Positions 14,969 to 29,000 of a stretch of DNA of 64,000 nucleotides are shown here, in pieces. The notes beneath the pieces were generated by a model. That model worked only from the letters and a program-made list of their open reading frames with translations, was not told where the DNA came from and searched no databases. Source of the stretch: Chrysomallon squamiferum (taxonomy: Eukaryota > Animalia > Mollusca); assembly GCA_012295275.1 (NCBI GenBank), contig CM022665.1, forward strand, positions 19,716,001 through 19,780,000. The letters run 5' to 3'. Position numbers and translations under genes: made by a program. The number at the start of each line of letters is the position of its first letter. Positions within the stretch are counted from its first letter, which is position 1.

Positions 14969-15200
14969 TCATCTCCTCGAGTTTAATTTGTATTCTGTGT
15001 TCATAATGTAAGTTGTCACTTCAGCGAGGACCATCTCTCTGTATTTCAAGTCTGGTGCTAAGATGTTTTGAAGTGTGAACTCAGTTTTTAGTTCATCCAA
15101 TGTTTTGTGTAAGGTATTTTGTTCCTTGGCAAAAATTGTACAGTGAAACAGGTAGTGTTTCACGGTTTCAAAGAGTCCACAGCTGTAGTTGGGTGATGTG
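14969..15200 (-). mobile_element. Non-LTR retrotransposon (LINE) ORF2 C-terminal relic
   Basis: SPNYSCGLFETVKHYLFHC is a degenerate CCHC zinc knuckle (SPxCxCG..ETxxHxLxxC) followed by a typical ORF2 terminal helix region; no upstream RT, so 5'-truncated. Confidence 0.7.
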
Positions 15201-18200
15201 AAGTTTTCACATTTGAATCTGATTGGTCGAGTAGCTGATTCTGAGTTTGGTAAGATTGTTGTTGTGTAGTTTGTTGGTAAGTGTGATATTAGGTATTTTG
15301 GTGAGTGGTTTAATGCCATTTTTATTATTAGTGACAACTTTTGTGTTGTTATGTGATACAGCTTAAACTACTAAATGACTATTCTCTATCCATTAGAGAA
15401 CAAGAACTCAATATGGATAATTGTTTTATATATGTGTATATATATTACATAAACTAACCCTCAAGGGTAAGATACAGTTAAATCGTATGATTCAAACAAT
15501 ATGCTATAAAACCTAACAGCATTGATATGGAGTGACTCCACTTTGCTGGATGCTATTGTTCTTATATAGAAATCACTGATGTGCACTAATCCCTAGTACA
15601 ATATGTGATTATGGTATAGTCTAATTCAATAAGTAACTTGAAAAAATCATTCAATCACTTCATCGTTCATTTTATTGCATTTGGCAATAATTCGTCATTC
15701 ATAATATCCATTATTTACCTTCAGATTATTGCATGTGACAATAATTTGTCAATCGTAACATTCATTTGTATACATAAATTCAAATTCATATGTAAATTAC
15801 ACATTGTTCAATATTATACATATTGGTCATTAAATTGCATATGGCAATAATTCATCATTCTTATAAATTAGTTTAGTCATTCATAACTTTTGCTGAGCAA
15901 GGTCCAACTGCAGCATTCATTGATAATATAAACTAATTAAGCCTAGATGGTTACTTTCACTTTCTAACTAATCTTTTAATTATTAACATACGTTACCTTA
16001 GTTTTTAAACACAAGTATGTACCACAGAATAACACAAAAATATCCAACAGTAAGCTATTTTCTGTCAATCAATATGTATGTTACATACAAAAAACATTTA
16101 AGCCATAATTACCGTTGCCTGAGTGGTCAGTTGTCTTGTGCAGACGACCTCAGACAACATGTCTCAAGCAGGGCACCAATCAAAGAGATCTCGGTGAAAA
16201 TGTAATCCAACTACTTCTAATCATCATGTGGGAGTTCAGTAAACACCTGCGGCCTTTCTGAATTTACTTAGCGACTTTAATGCCCATTTTGAGTTTGTTA
16301 ATCCCAGTGTTTCTTAATTTTATAAAATAACGGAACTTCCCCTAATTATATAATACAGCTTCTAAATAGCCCGTGTACATCTGCATATGCTCTGTTTAAT
16401 TTTTGTGTATTAACTGGGTAAACATTTAAGAACTGTAAAAATATGAATTATAAACATGATTATACATGATAGTTAAATATTACCATAATATAATAATATA
16501 CTTACAATAAAATGTACCAGACATTCTACTTGAAATGGGCATATAAAAATAAGTGTTTTGTGAATGTTATATAATTCACTACATAGAATACAAAGTTATG
16601 ATTAAAAACAAGCCTGGCCAAGAGGCACTAATGAGGTTCTATCACACACCCCTACCTAGCAAAGAATATTTGCCCTACTTTTAAATGTATGCAAATATTT
16701 GCATTTTCTTTTATTTTCTTGTATTTTCTTGAATATACATGTATATCATAACACAATTTACATCGAACATAGTTGTGGTTCAGTCTTTCTAGATGGGGAA
16801 ACGGTACATCCATACTCCTTCAGGGTCAACAGGCCAGCCAGTAGTCTTCTCTTTTCTCTCTCAATATGTTCATTCAGTCTCTGGTAGGCCTTCTTCATGG
16901 GTCTTGTCATTCCACCTGCTGCCATCTGAAGGATGGTCACTTCAGTGTAGCTCTGCTGTGATGAACTTGTTCAAATGAGGCGTTGTCATCTTGGACAGCT
17001 TGATGTGTCATCCCTCCATGTTGGCCCATCCTTGGGTGTGGATCTAATCTGATAGTGAATAAAAAATAACTTGAGTAATTTCCTCTTGATGGATTGTGGG
17101 TATCAGTCTGTGGTCTGACTTAACACCTTCAAGTCTCCAAGAAATGAGTAGAGAGAAATCTATAGCATCGTTGTGTTCATAGTTGTAAAGATTTAATGCC
17201 AGGTCATAATGAAATCTCTCGAGGTATTAATAGTAGATAGACAACTGACTTTGCAACACTTCCAATGAACAGCATCTCTTTTACTACTCTTGATTGTGAA
17301 CCTATGTCCCTGATACACTAAACTACACCCACCACGTGAATTCAGAATGAATTTCAAATTGACCTGTGCGTTTGCCAGCAGTGCATGATTTATGTATATA
17401 TGCATCACTCACTTGGATAAACATGAATGTGAATGTGCTATCATGATACAACTAGCTATGGTTACTCATTTGAACAGTTTTCATGCGAGTTGTGATCAAG
17501 ATATAAGATTACATCAGGAGATTATAATCTGATTATAACTGCATCGTATACCCTAAGTTAGTGGAACAGACCATAACCTCCTGTGTAATGGACTGTTACC
17601 ATTAATCTGTTCAGGCATCTGGCAAAGTCGGGGTAAACCATTGATAATACTAAACTAATTAAACCTAGATGGTTACTTTCACTTTCTAACTAATCTTTTA
17701 ATTATTAACATACGTTATCTTAGTTTTTAAACACAAGTATGTACCACAGAATAACACAAAAATATCCAACAGTAACCTATTTTCTGTCAATCAATATGTA
17801 TGTTACATACAAAAAACATTTAAGCCATAATTACCGTTGCCTGAGTGGTCAGTTGTCTTGTGCAGACGACCTCAGACAACATGTCTCAAGCAGGGCACCA
17901 ATCAAAGAGATCTCGTTGAAAATGTAATCCAACTACTTCTAATCATCATGTGGGAGTTCAGTAAACACCTGCGGCCTTTCTGAATTTACTTAGCGACTTT
18001 AATGCCCATTTTGAGTTTGTTAATCCCAGTGTTTCTTAATTTTATAAAATAACGGAACTTCCCCTAATTATATAATACAGCTTCTAAATAGCCCGTGTAC
18101 ATCTGCATATGCTCTGTTTAATTTTTGTGTATTAATTGGGTAAACATTTAAGAACTGTAAAAATATGAATTATAAACATGATTATACATGATAGTTAAAT

Positions 18201-21200
18201 ATTACCATAATATAATAATATACTTACAATAAAATGTACCAGACATTCTACTTGAAATGGGCATATAAAAATAAGTGTTTTGTGAATGTTATATAATTCA
18301 CTACATAGAATACAAAGTTATGATTAAAAACAAGCCTGGCAAAGAGGCACTAATGAGGTTCTATCACACACCCCTACCTAGCAAAGAATATTTGCCCTAC
18401 TTTTAAATGTACGCAAATATTTGCATTTTCTTTTATTTTCTTGTATTTTCTTGAATATACATGTATATCATAACACAATTTACATCGAACATAGTTGTGG
18501 TTCAGTCTTTCTAGATGGGGAAACGGTACATCCATACTCCTTCAGGGTCAACAGGCCAGCCAGTAGTCTTCTCTTTTCTCTCTCAATATGTTCATTCAGT
18601 CTCTGGTAGGCCTTCTTCATGGGTCTTGTCATTCCACCTGCTGCCATCTGAAGGATGGTCACTTCAGTGTAGCTCTGCTGTGATGAACTTGTTCAAATGA
18701 GGCGTTGTCATCTTGGACAGCTTGATGTGTCATCCCTCCATGTTGGCCCATCCTTGGGTGTGGATCTAATTGTACAGTGAAACAGGTAGTGTTTCACGGT
18801 TTCAAAGAGTCCACAGCTGTAGTTGGGTGATGTGAAGTTTTCACATTTGAATCTGATTGGTCGAGTAGCTGATTCTGAGTTTGGTAAGATTGTTGTTGTG
18901 TAGTTTGTTGGTAAGTGTGATATTAGGTATTTTGGTGAGTGGTTTAATGCCATTTTTATTATTAGTGACAACTTTTGTGTTGTTATGTGATACAGCTTAA
19001 ACTACTAAATGACTATTCTCTATCCATTAGAGAACAAGAACTCAATATGGATAATTGTTTTATATATGTGTATATATATTACATAAACTAACCCTCAAGG
19101 GTAAGATATAGTTAAATCGTATGATTCAAACAATACGCTATAAAACCTAACAGCATTGATATGGAGTGACTCCACTTTGATGGATGCTATTGTTCTTATA
19201 TAGAAATCACTGATGTGCACTAATCCCTAGTACAATATGCATGATTATGGTATAGTCTAATTCAATAAGTAACTTGAAAAAATCATTCAATCATTCATGT
19301 TCATTTTATTGCATTTGGCAATAATTCGTCATTCATGATATCCATTATTTACCTTCAGATTATTGCATGTAACAATAATTTGTCAATCGTAACATTCATT
19401 TGTATACATAAATTCAAATTCATATGTAAATTATAATTGTTCAATATTATACATATTGGTCATTAAATTGCATATGGCAATAATTCATCATTCTTATAAA
19501 TTAGTTTAGTCATTCATAACTTTTGCTGAGCAAGGTCCAACTGCAGCATTCATTGATAATATAAACTAATTAAGCCTTGATGGTTACTTTCACTTTCTAA
19601 CTAATCTTTTAGTTATTAACATACGTTACCTTAGTTTTTAAACACAAGTATGTACCACAGAATAACACAAAAATATCCAACAGTAACCTGTTTTCTGTCA
19701 ATCAATATGTATGTTACATACAAAAAACATTTAAGCCATAATTACCGTTGCCTGAGTGGTCAGTTGTCTTGTGCAGACGACCTCAGACAACATGTCTCAA
19801 GCAGGGCAGCGATCAAAGAGATCTCGTTGAAAATGTAATCCAACTACTTCTAATCATCATGTGGGAGTTCAGTAAACACCTGCGGCCTTTCTGAATTTAC
19901 TTAGCGACTTTAATGCCCATTTTGAGTTTGTTAATCCCAGTGTTTCTTAATTTTATAAAATAACGGAACTTCCCCTAATTATATAATACAGCTTCTAAAT
20001 AGCCCATGTACATCTGCATATGCTCTGTTTAATTTTTGTGTATTAATTGGGTAAACATTTAAGAACTGTAAAAATATGAATTATAAACATGATTATACAT
20101 GATAGTTAAATATTACCATAATATAATAATATACTTACAATAAAATGTACCAGACATTCTACTTGAAATGGGCATATAAAAATAAGTGTTTTGTGAATGT
20201 TATATAATTCACTACATAGAATACAAAGTTATGATTAAAAACAAGCCTGGCAAAGAGGCACTAATGAGGTTCTATCACACACCCCTACCTAGCAAATAAT
20301 ATTTGCCCTACTTTTAAATGTACGCAAATATTTGCATTTTCTTTTATTTTCTTGTATTTTCTTGAATATACATGTATATCATAACACAATTTACATCGAA
20401 CATAGTTGTGGTTCAGTCTTTCTAGATGGGGAAACGGTACATCCATACTCCTTCAGGGTCAACAGGCCAGCCAGTAGTCTTCTCTTTTCTCTCTCAATAT
20501 GTTCATTCAGTCTCTGGTAGGCCTTCTTCATGGGACTTGTCATTCCACCTGCTGCCATCTGAAGGATGGTCACTTCAGTGTAGCTCTGCTGTGATGAACT
20601 TGTTCAAATGAGGCGTTGTCATCTTGGACAGCTTGATGTGTCATCCCTCCATGTTGGCCCATCCTTGGGTGTGGATCTAATCTGATAGTGAATAAAAAAA
20701 TAACTTGAGTAATTTCCTCTTGATGGATTGTGGGTATCAGTCTGTGGTCTGACTTAACACCTTCAAGTCTCCAAGAAATGAGTAGAGAGAAATCTATAGC
20801 ATCGTTTGTGTTCATAGTTGTAAACTTTTTTTGTTAGGTCATAATGAAACTCTAAAGGTATTAATAGTAGATAGACAACTGACTTTGCAACACTTCCAAT
20901 GAGCAGCATCTCTTTTACTACTCTTGATTGTGAACCTATGTCCCTGATACACTAAACTACACCCACCACGTGAATTCAGAATGAATTTCAAATTGACCTG
21001 TGCGTTTGCCAGCAGTGCATGATTTATGTATATATGCATCACTCACTTGGATAAACATGAATGTGAATGTGCTATCATGATACAACTAGCTATGGTTACT
21101 CATTTGAACATTTTTTCATGCGAGTTGTGATCAAGATATAAGATTACATCAGGAGATTATAATCTGATTATAACTGCATCATAAATCAAACCCTAAGTTA

Positions 21201-23838
21201 GTGGAACAGACCATAACCTCCTGTGTAATGGACTGTTACCATTAATCTGTTCAGGCATCTGGCAAAGTCGGGGTAAACCATTCATTGATAATACTAAACT
21301 AATTAAACCTAGATGGTTACTTTCACTTTCTAACTAATCTTTTAATTATTAACATACATTATCTTAGTTTTTAAACACAAGTATGTACCACAGAATAACA
21401 CAAAAATATCCAACAGTAAGCTATTTTCTGTCAATCAATATGTATGTTACATACAAAAAACATTTAAGCCATAATTACCGTTGCCTGAGTGGTCAGTTGT
21501 CTTGTGCAGACGACCTCAGACAACATGTCTCAAGCAGGGCACCGATCAAAGAGATCTCGTTGAAAATGTAATCCAACTACTTCTAATCATCATGTGGGAG
21601 TTCAGTAAACACCTGCGGCCTTTCTGAATTTACTTAGCAACTTTAATGCCCATTTTGAGTTTGTTAATCCCAGTGTTTCTTAATTTTATAAAATAACGGA
21701 ACTTCCCCTAATTATATAATACAGCTTCTAAATAGCCCGTGTACATCTGCATATGCTCTGTTTAATTTTTGTGTATTAATTGGGTAAACATTTAAGAACT
21801 GTAAAAATATGAATTATAAACATGATTATACATGATAGTTAAATATTACCATAATATAATAATATAGTACCAGACATTCTACTTGAAATGGGCATATAAA
21901 AATTAGTGTTTTGTGAATGTTATATAATTCACTACATAGAATACAAAGTTATGATTAAAAACAAGCCTGGCAAAGAGGCACTAATGAGGTTCTATCACAC
22001 ACCCCTACCTAGCAAAGAATATTTGCCCTACTTTTAAATGTATGCAAATATTTGCATTTTCTTTTATTTTCTTGTATTTTCTTGAATATACATGTATATC
22101 ATAACACAATTTACATCGAACATAGTTGTGGTTCAGTCTTTCTAGATGGGGAAACGGTACATCCATACTCCTTCAGGGTCAACAGGCCAGCCAGTAGTCT
22201 TCTCTTTTCTCTCTCAATATGTTCATTCAGTCTCTGGTAGGCCTTCTTCATGGGTCTTGTCATTCCACCTGCTGCCATCTGAAGGATGGTCACTTCAGTG
22301 TAGCTCTGCTGTGATGAACTTGTTCAAATGAGGCGTTGTCATCTTGGACAGCTTGATGTGTCATCCCTCCATGTTGGCCCATCCTTGGGTGTGGATCTAA
22401 TCTGATAGTGAATAAAAAATAACTTGAGTAATTTCCTCTTGATGGATTGTGGGTATCAGTCTGTGGTCTGACTTAACACCTTCAAGTCTCCAAGAAATGA
22501 GTAGAGAGAAATCTATAGCATCGTTGTGTTCATAGTTGTAAAGATTTCGCTAGGTCATAATGAAATCTCTCGAGGTATTAATAGTAGATAGACAACTGAC
22601 TTTGCAACACTTCCAATGAGCAGCATCTCTTTTACTACTCTTGATTGTGAACCTATGTCCCTGATACACTAAACTACACCCACCACGTGAATTCAGAATG
22701 AATTTCAAATTGACCTGTGCGTTTGCCAGCAGTGCATGATTTATGTATATATGCATCACTCACTTGGATAAACATGAATGTGAATGTGCTATCATGATAC
22801 AACTAGCTATGGTTACTCATTTGAACAGTTTTCATGCGAGTTGTGATCAAGATATAAGATTACATCAGGAGATTATAATCTGATTATAACTGCATCGTAT
22901 ACCCTAAGTTAGTGGAACAGACCATAACCTCCTGTGTAATGGACTGTTACCATTAATCTGTTCAGGCATCTGGCAAAGTCGGGGTAAACCATTGATAATA
23001 CTAAACTAATTAAACCTAGATGGTTACTTTCACTTTCTAACTAATCTTTTAATTATTAACATACGTTATCTTAGTTTTTAAACACAAGTATGTACCACAG
23101 AATAACACAAAAATATCCAACAGTAAGCTATTTTCTGTCAATCAATATGTATGTTACATACAAAAAACATTTAAGCCATAATTACCGTTGCCTGAGTGGT
23201 CAGTTGTCTTGTGCAGACGACCTCAGACAACATGTCTCAAGCAGGGCAGCGATCAAAGAGATCTCGTTGAAAATGTAATCCAACTACTTCTAATCATCAT
23301 GTGGGAGTTCAGTAAACACCTGCGGCCTTTCTGAATTTACTTAGCAACTTTAATGCCCATTTTGAGTTTGTTAATCCCAGTGTTTCTTAATTTTATAAAA
23401 TAACGGAACTTCCCCTAATTATATAATACAGCTTCTAAATAGCCCGTGTACATCTGCATATGCTCTGTTTAATTTTTGTGTATTAATTGGGTAAACATTT
23501 AAGAACTGTAAAAATATGAATTATAAACATGATTATACATGATAGTTAAATATTACCATAATATAATAATATACTTACAATAAAATGTACCAGACATTCT
23601 ACTTGAAATGGGCATATAAAAATAAGTGTTTTGTGAATGTTATATAATTCACTACATAGAATACAAAGTTATGATTAAAAACAAGCCTGGCAAAGAGGCA
23701 CTAATGAGGTTCTATCACACATCCCTACCTAGCAAAGAATATTTGCCCTACTTTTAAATGTACGCAAATATTTGCATTTTCTTTTATTTTCTTGTATTTT
23801 CTTGAATATACATCTATATCATAACACAATTTACATCA
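15136..23838. repeat. Young tandem segmental amplification (~1.72 kb unit plus a 3.63 kb duplication)
   Basis: Near-identical units start at ~15921, 17642, 19554, 21286 and 22993. Segment 15136-15920 recurs at ~18767-19553. Identical short ORFs recur in the ORF track. Confidence 0.97.
16767..17640 (-). mobile_element. FLYWCH/MULE (Mutator-like) transposase relic inside the repeat unit (copies also at ~18489-18766 truncated, ~20400-21280, ~22120-22990)
   Basis: KFILNSRGGCSLVYQGHRFTIKSSKRDAVHWKCCKVSCLSTINT resembles a FLYWCH finger. TILQMAAGG..MKKAYQRLNEHIEREKRRLLAG..TLKEY resembles the C-terminus of animal MULE transposases. The catalytic core is absent. Confidence 0.7.
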
Positions 23839-25059
23839 AATTAGTATAACGAACATAATTTTATATCACATCAACACACTGGTATGAAAGAATCTATCAT
23901 ATAATCTTGCAACAACATGAAAATATTTATATACATGAACATAATACATACATTTGTATGTAAAAAAACAGTTCTGTATCACACGAATACATATGATTGG
24001 TAAGATATGTTTCTATCTTGCAATAATATGAACATAATACATGCGTTATATATATATATATATATAATCTGTATATAAAGCAATTGACTATAGAGGTTAT
24101 AATTACTTTAATCAGATCCAGGAGTGCTACTCATTCGAATGATTTTGACGAAAATGGTTTTGAAGAATTTTCACTGTTGGCTTAGCCTGATTTATTATGT
24201 ATTGTGTTCATGTTATTACAAGATAGAAACTATCATACCAATCATATCATATATATTCATGTGGGCTGAGTGTCTGGCATTCCTGAAAAGATAGTTAATG
24301 TTTTACCATTTTAAATTGTATGCCAATTTTAAGAATGATGAAGTGAGTAAAGTATTATAGTAGTGTTTACTTCCTTTAACTGTTACATTTAACTTTCTAG
24401 TATTACATGGCAATATGGAGCAGATATTATACCTGTGCCACAGTGAACAGGAACAAGGTTACCACATATGACAAGCTGGGCAGAGCCAAAGTCCTTTGTT
24501 AGTTTGTAACTGTTTGAGTTTGTTTACATACAGAGTATGGTGGATAAATAATTTAATGGTTTTGTAATTAAATCTTACATCTGGCTCTGCAATCTGCAAA
24601 CTGATGAGTGGAGAGATTCTGGTCAGTTATCAGCATGTCAACAGGCTTATGTCATGGGTATTTAGAGTATGTTTTGTTGATAAGTTTGCTTCGTCGTGGT
24701 TTGTTTTTTCAATAGCTGATCTGATTTTTACTACCCGGAAACAGTTTAGTGACTGATCGGATTTTTGATCTCTGCAGAGACAAGCTTGGTCCCAAGGCAG
24801 ATGCGAAATATCACAACTTACTGGTTCCTTGTCACTTATTACTACTGGGACAAAAAGATTTAGCCCCAGCAAATAACTTGGAATGGCTACAACCTGTAGA
24901 TGGTTGACTCAGTCTGGCTGGTCCATCTCTTATCAACTGACCCAGAACTTGACTTGTGCTTAAAATTTGAACCATTTGTCCTACCACCCCTATCTATTGA
25001 AAGTCGATTACCAGGTGACTACAAAGCTTGATCACAATGGATTAAAGAGTAGTGATTGG

Positions 25060-25880
25060 TTGTGGCTGCCAATTGGTCACCATTACAGATCTCTTGGTCC
25101 TCTAAATGAACTAGCATAGGCACAGGTAATGATTGTTTAAATTCTTCTAAAATCATTAACTCTTAACTTTCAAACTTATCACCAACATTCTGGGCTCTTA
25201 ACCACATAAACCTGCCTTTTTTGCTAGAAAGGCACATTAAGTTTCGGACTCAGATTTTAAGTTTCTAAACTGCTGTCTATATGCTTCACTGGTGAACTGA
25301 TACTCTTAACACTGCCTCTTTTAATTTTTGATAATCCTTAGAATGCTTGTCACTTAAAGAATTATATATGTCATTGGCCTTCCCTGTTAATCTAAGTTGA
25401 GCTAATAATGATCATTTGTCTTCAGGCCAGTCTAATTGCCTCTCTTCCTTATCTTCTTCAAACATGGGTACCGACCGATATACTTCAGTTTTGAAACTAC
25501 TTGCGCCTGAGTCTGTTTAAGCTACTTTCGCTAGACTCCATTTTATGTTCAAACTCGGTTTTTCTTCCCTTTGCATTTGTTTTTCTTCCAACTGTAATTT
25601 CTTTAATTCTATTTTCTGATTTATAGCCAAACTAGCACTGTAATACAGTCCTCCCCCAGAAATTTCTTCCCTAATTTCACCATCTCCACTTTCCATCTTT
25701 CTCACCTTCCATTTCACTCTTCAATATGATCTCCAAATAATTTGTCTATTATCTTGCGTCTGATCTCAGCTACTGTTTCAGACCCCTCAATTGAAATATT
25801 CCTTTCTTCTGCTAACACTAATAATTCTACCCACTTGCTACACTTAATTTGTGCAATAGTAACTTGATCCAGCAAACCTT
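25060..25880 (-). mobile_element. Gypsy (Gmr1/SCAN-type) gag relic
   Basis: Hand translation with stops and frameshifts: ELLVLAEERNI..AEIRRKII, coiled coil ELKKLQLEEKQ, then LDWPEDK*SLLAQLRLTGKANDIYNSLSDKHSKDYQKLKEAVL..SEAYRQQFRNLK and ELMILEEFKQSLP, matching Gmr1-like capsid motifs. Confidence 0.8.
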
Positions 25881-25914
25881 GTCCGTTGTTGTAGGTATAA
25901 TCAATGGCTCTGGA

Positions 25915-26050
25915 TAAGGGCCAACAGTGTTCTGCCACTCGTCTGGTAGTATCAACTCAGAGAGGTGCTGTGGTACTGGAGGAGTCTTGCATTGGTTGTG
26001 TAAACTGCGCTTGGTGATCTCGAGTGGTAGATGTGCCTGCACCTTTGTCC
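25915..26050 (-). mobile_element. Short MULE transposase fragment
   Basis: HLPLEITKRSLHNQCKTPPVPQHLSELILPDEWQNTVG resembles the pre-catalytic region of FLYWCH-MULE transposases (from recalled family motifs). Confidence 0.5.
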
Positions 26051-29000
26051 GAGCTCGGTTGTGACTTGAGCAAAGATCTGTGATCCAGTGAGTTTACAGC
26101 GTGGTTATGCACAGCATTGCGATACTTGGCATATGAGACAACCTATAAAGACATAATATAACACTAATTAATACCAGAATATGAATTCGGAAATATTGAT
26201 ATTCAAACCTTAAACCCCTCCTATAATTTTTACTGTGATCTGAAGAAATATACAAGATTTTCCTGCCCATCCAATTCAAAAGCATTCATTAACGCATCAT
26301 TGCATTTCAGAAATATAAAATATAAGTAAAATCATCTACAGTGTATGCACCCTTAAACATAGACTGACTTTCTTGGAGCACTTTCACTAAATCTTCATCT
26401 TCCTAGTAGCTAACTTGGTATACAACTGCCTTAGTGACCCCTATAATGGTTACAAGTCTTGAGTTATCTTGTTTCTAAAGTAATAACTACTTTGGTGGTT
26501 TCAGTTGCAAATCAAGCTCCATTGTATCATAGTAAGTTTTCATTGGCCATAATTCAACGACTGGATATCATTTTCTTTCTGCTGTTAGATATTTGCTATT
26601 TTTCTGAAGTGGGCAAGAATGTCTGATCTGAGTTTAAGCAGTCATTTCCATTACACAGTATGTCCTGCTCAGATTTATATCACTTTTTATGATCATTTTT
26701 CAAAAATATATACTTTGATATATACTGTATCAGTGAATTGTGGAATTCTACTCAAAGTGTCACAGGACTCACACCTTTGAACAGCTTGGTTTTATTAAGG
26801 CTTCTAGGGTAACAAGGTGCTTTAATGGCCACCTAACAAGGAATAAATATACTAAATTGATAGACTTACTGATTTATATAGATTGCTGTCTTATCCACTA
26901 GAGAAATAAACACAACACTATTTAAGGTTCACATTAATTATTTAATTGATATACAGGTGACTTGATAATACATTATACAATCATAAAACATACATTTAAG
27001 TAATTTTGATTAATGATATATGAGTAAGGTCATATGGGGAACCAAGACAAAATAATAATCTGCGCGGAGGTCAGATTAAACAAATAAAATTTTAGGTATA
27101 GTAAATGTTACTGACACAGGTTAATTGCACATTATACCCTATCAAAACAAGAACACACAATTGCTTACCATAGTCGTCTGTAAAGACAAATTCATTCAAA
27201 AACATTGGTTTCCCCACCTGACTGAACTCTCATCTTGACGTTTCCTTCACTCTTCCTTACTTCGCTCTCACCGCTTAATTGCCAAATGGCAGCCTTTTTT
27301 AACGACGCCATGGAGTTGAAAAATTAGCAGAAACAATAAAAAGAGCGGATGTGATCATCTGTACAAGTTTTAAAACTTTTTTCTAAGTTTTTGCTGTAAT
27401 AATCTTCTGTTTTAACTTGCTGTTCCTAACATTCCGTGTATCCACACTTTCATTTCTTTAGCTTGTTTCTTTAATATTGTTCTACAGTAACTTGCTGTTC
27501 TGGGAATTCAGGATAACTGCCCCATTATGTTTGCTCAGAACTGAAAGTTGTTAGGTAAAACTTTACTTTCACTACAAAGTCTTCTAATTACTTCTTTGTG
27601 TTACTGTTAAAGTTTTTCAGCAACACGATTCTTTAAGTTTAAATTATTTTCCTTCCACCTGTCTGTTAGTAAACCAATGGGTCCCAGCAAAGTTCTGTCA
27701 CTTTAGGATTGTTTAAGAATTTTCTTCAAAAGTCTGTTAATAAAAAAATCAAGTTTCTTCAAAAATTCTCTTAGCTTTTCTTACTGAAAGACAAGTTACA
27801 GTATCCTTTTCTGTATAAACAGTTCTCTGAAGGAACAATAAGGAAAACTCAAAATTACTGGACATTTTTAGTTCCAAACAGCAGTCTAAAAAATTTAGTG
27901 TCATCAACGTTTATGTATACACACACACACAAGCTAGGAAAAAAGAAAGAGAAAAATGTGGAATAGCATTAAAAATTAAAACTTAGAAAAATAATGTCTA
28001 AAAATCTTAGCATCATTAATTTATTAAAATACACACACAATAAAAAAAAAAAAAAAAAAAAAAAAAATTCTTTCTGCACACAGTTAATCACTCTTAACAA
28101 ATATTAAATATTTTCTTCTTCTTTTTATTATTATTGTTATTTTCTTTTGTTAGAAAAGTAAAATTAGCTTTTTCTTTTGTTTTGTTGTTTACTGCATTAG
28201 TAATCACGACATTCAGATTTAATTTTTCAATGTCTTCTCCATTACTGGAAGTCTAGCTTGGATCTATTAAAATCAATGTCACTTACACCAATTTTAATAA
28301 AACAGTTTTTTGAAAACTTTGATGAATTCATAAGTGTGATTTGTATTTCATCATTATCATTTACAAATTGTTCTATATTAGTGTACCTTATGAATATTTT
28401 ATCTCTTTCTAAATTGCATTTGTTTTTAGTTCAATAAATAAATAATCTTAGTAAATTTGATTGGTTTATGTAACATTTTTTTTTAGAAACTATTATGATA
28501 TACAATTAAAAGAAAATTATCGGTATTTTGCTTTTTTAATTTTGTGTACTTGAAAAATCATCAGATGTATTACTTCTTTCAGCATTTTTATTTTTACTAT
28601 GAAAATAAAGCTATGCACTACTGAATGTAAATGGTTTATTGTTAATTATCTTTGGATAACTTGCATTTTGTGATAAATTACTCATTTTTAATGTTTTTGT
28701 AACCAGTAAGCATTGAGAATGTATGATTTTATTGATACATTACATTTTGTGATATATTGATCATTTTTAATTTACTCTTTTTATTGTATTGCCCATAATA
28801 CATTTTACATTGTTTGCTACAACAGGCAACTGAACAATTTTAATAATTTTAATAATTTATATTTTAAATTTGTACCTTTCTAAAACAATAATTATGCCAA
28901 ATAAGTTTTATATTGTTTCAAACCTGTATTATACACAGTACATATAGATACATAAAACATATTCTGATAACCCCATTATTCATGTTATACTGTTATACTG

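Noticed and set aside
16017-23278. Recurrent 60-62-aa ORFs (MYHRITQK..., MHFLLFSC..., MGKRYIHT...) as a small-protein gene cluster
   Set aside because: They recur only because the DNA is recently duplicated. No domain or splice structure; only the minus-strand MULE-like fragments are recognisable.
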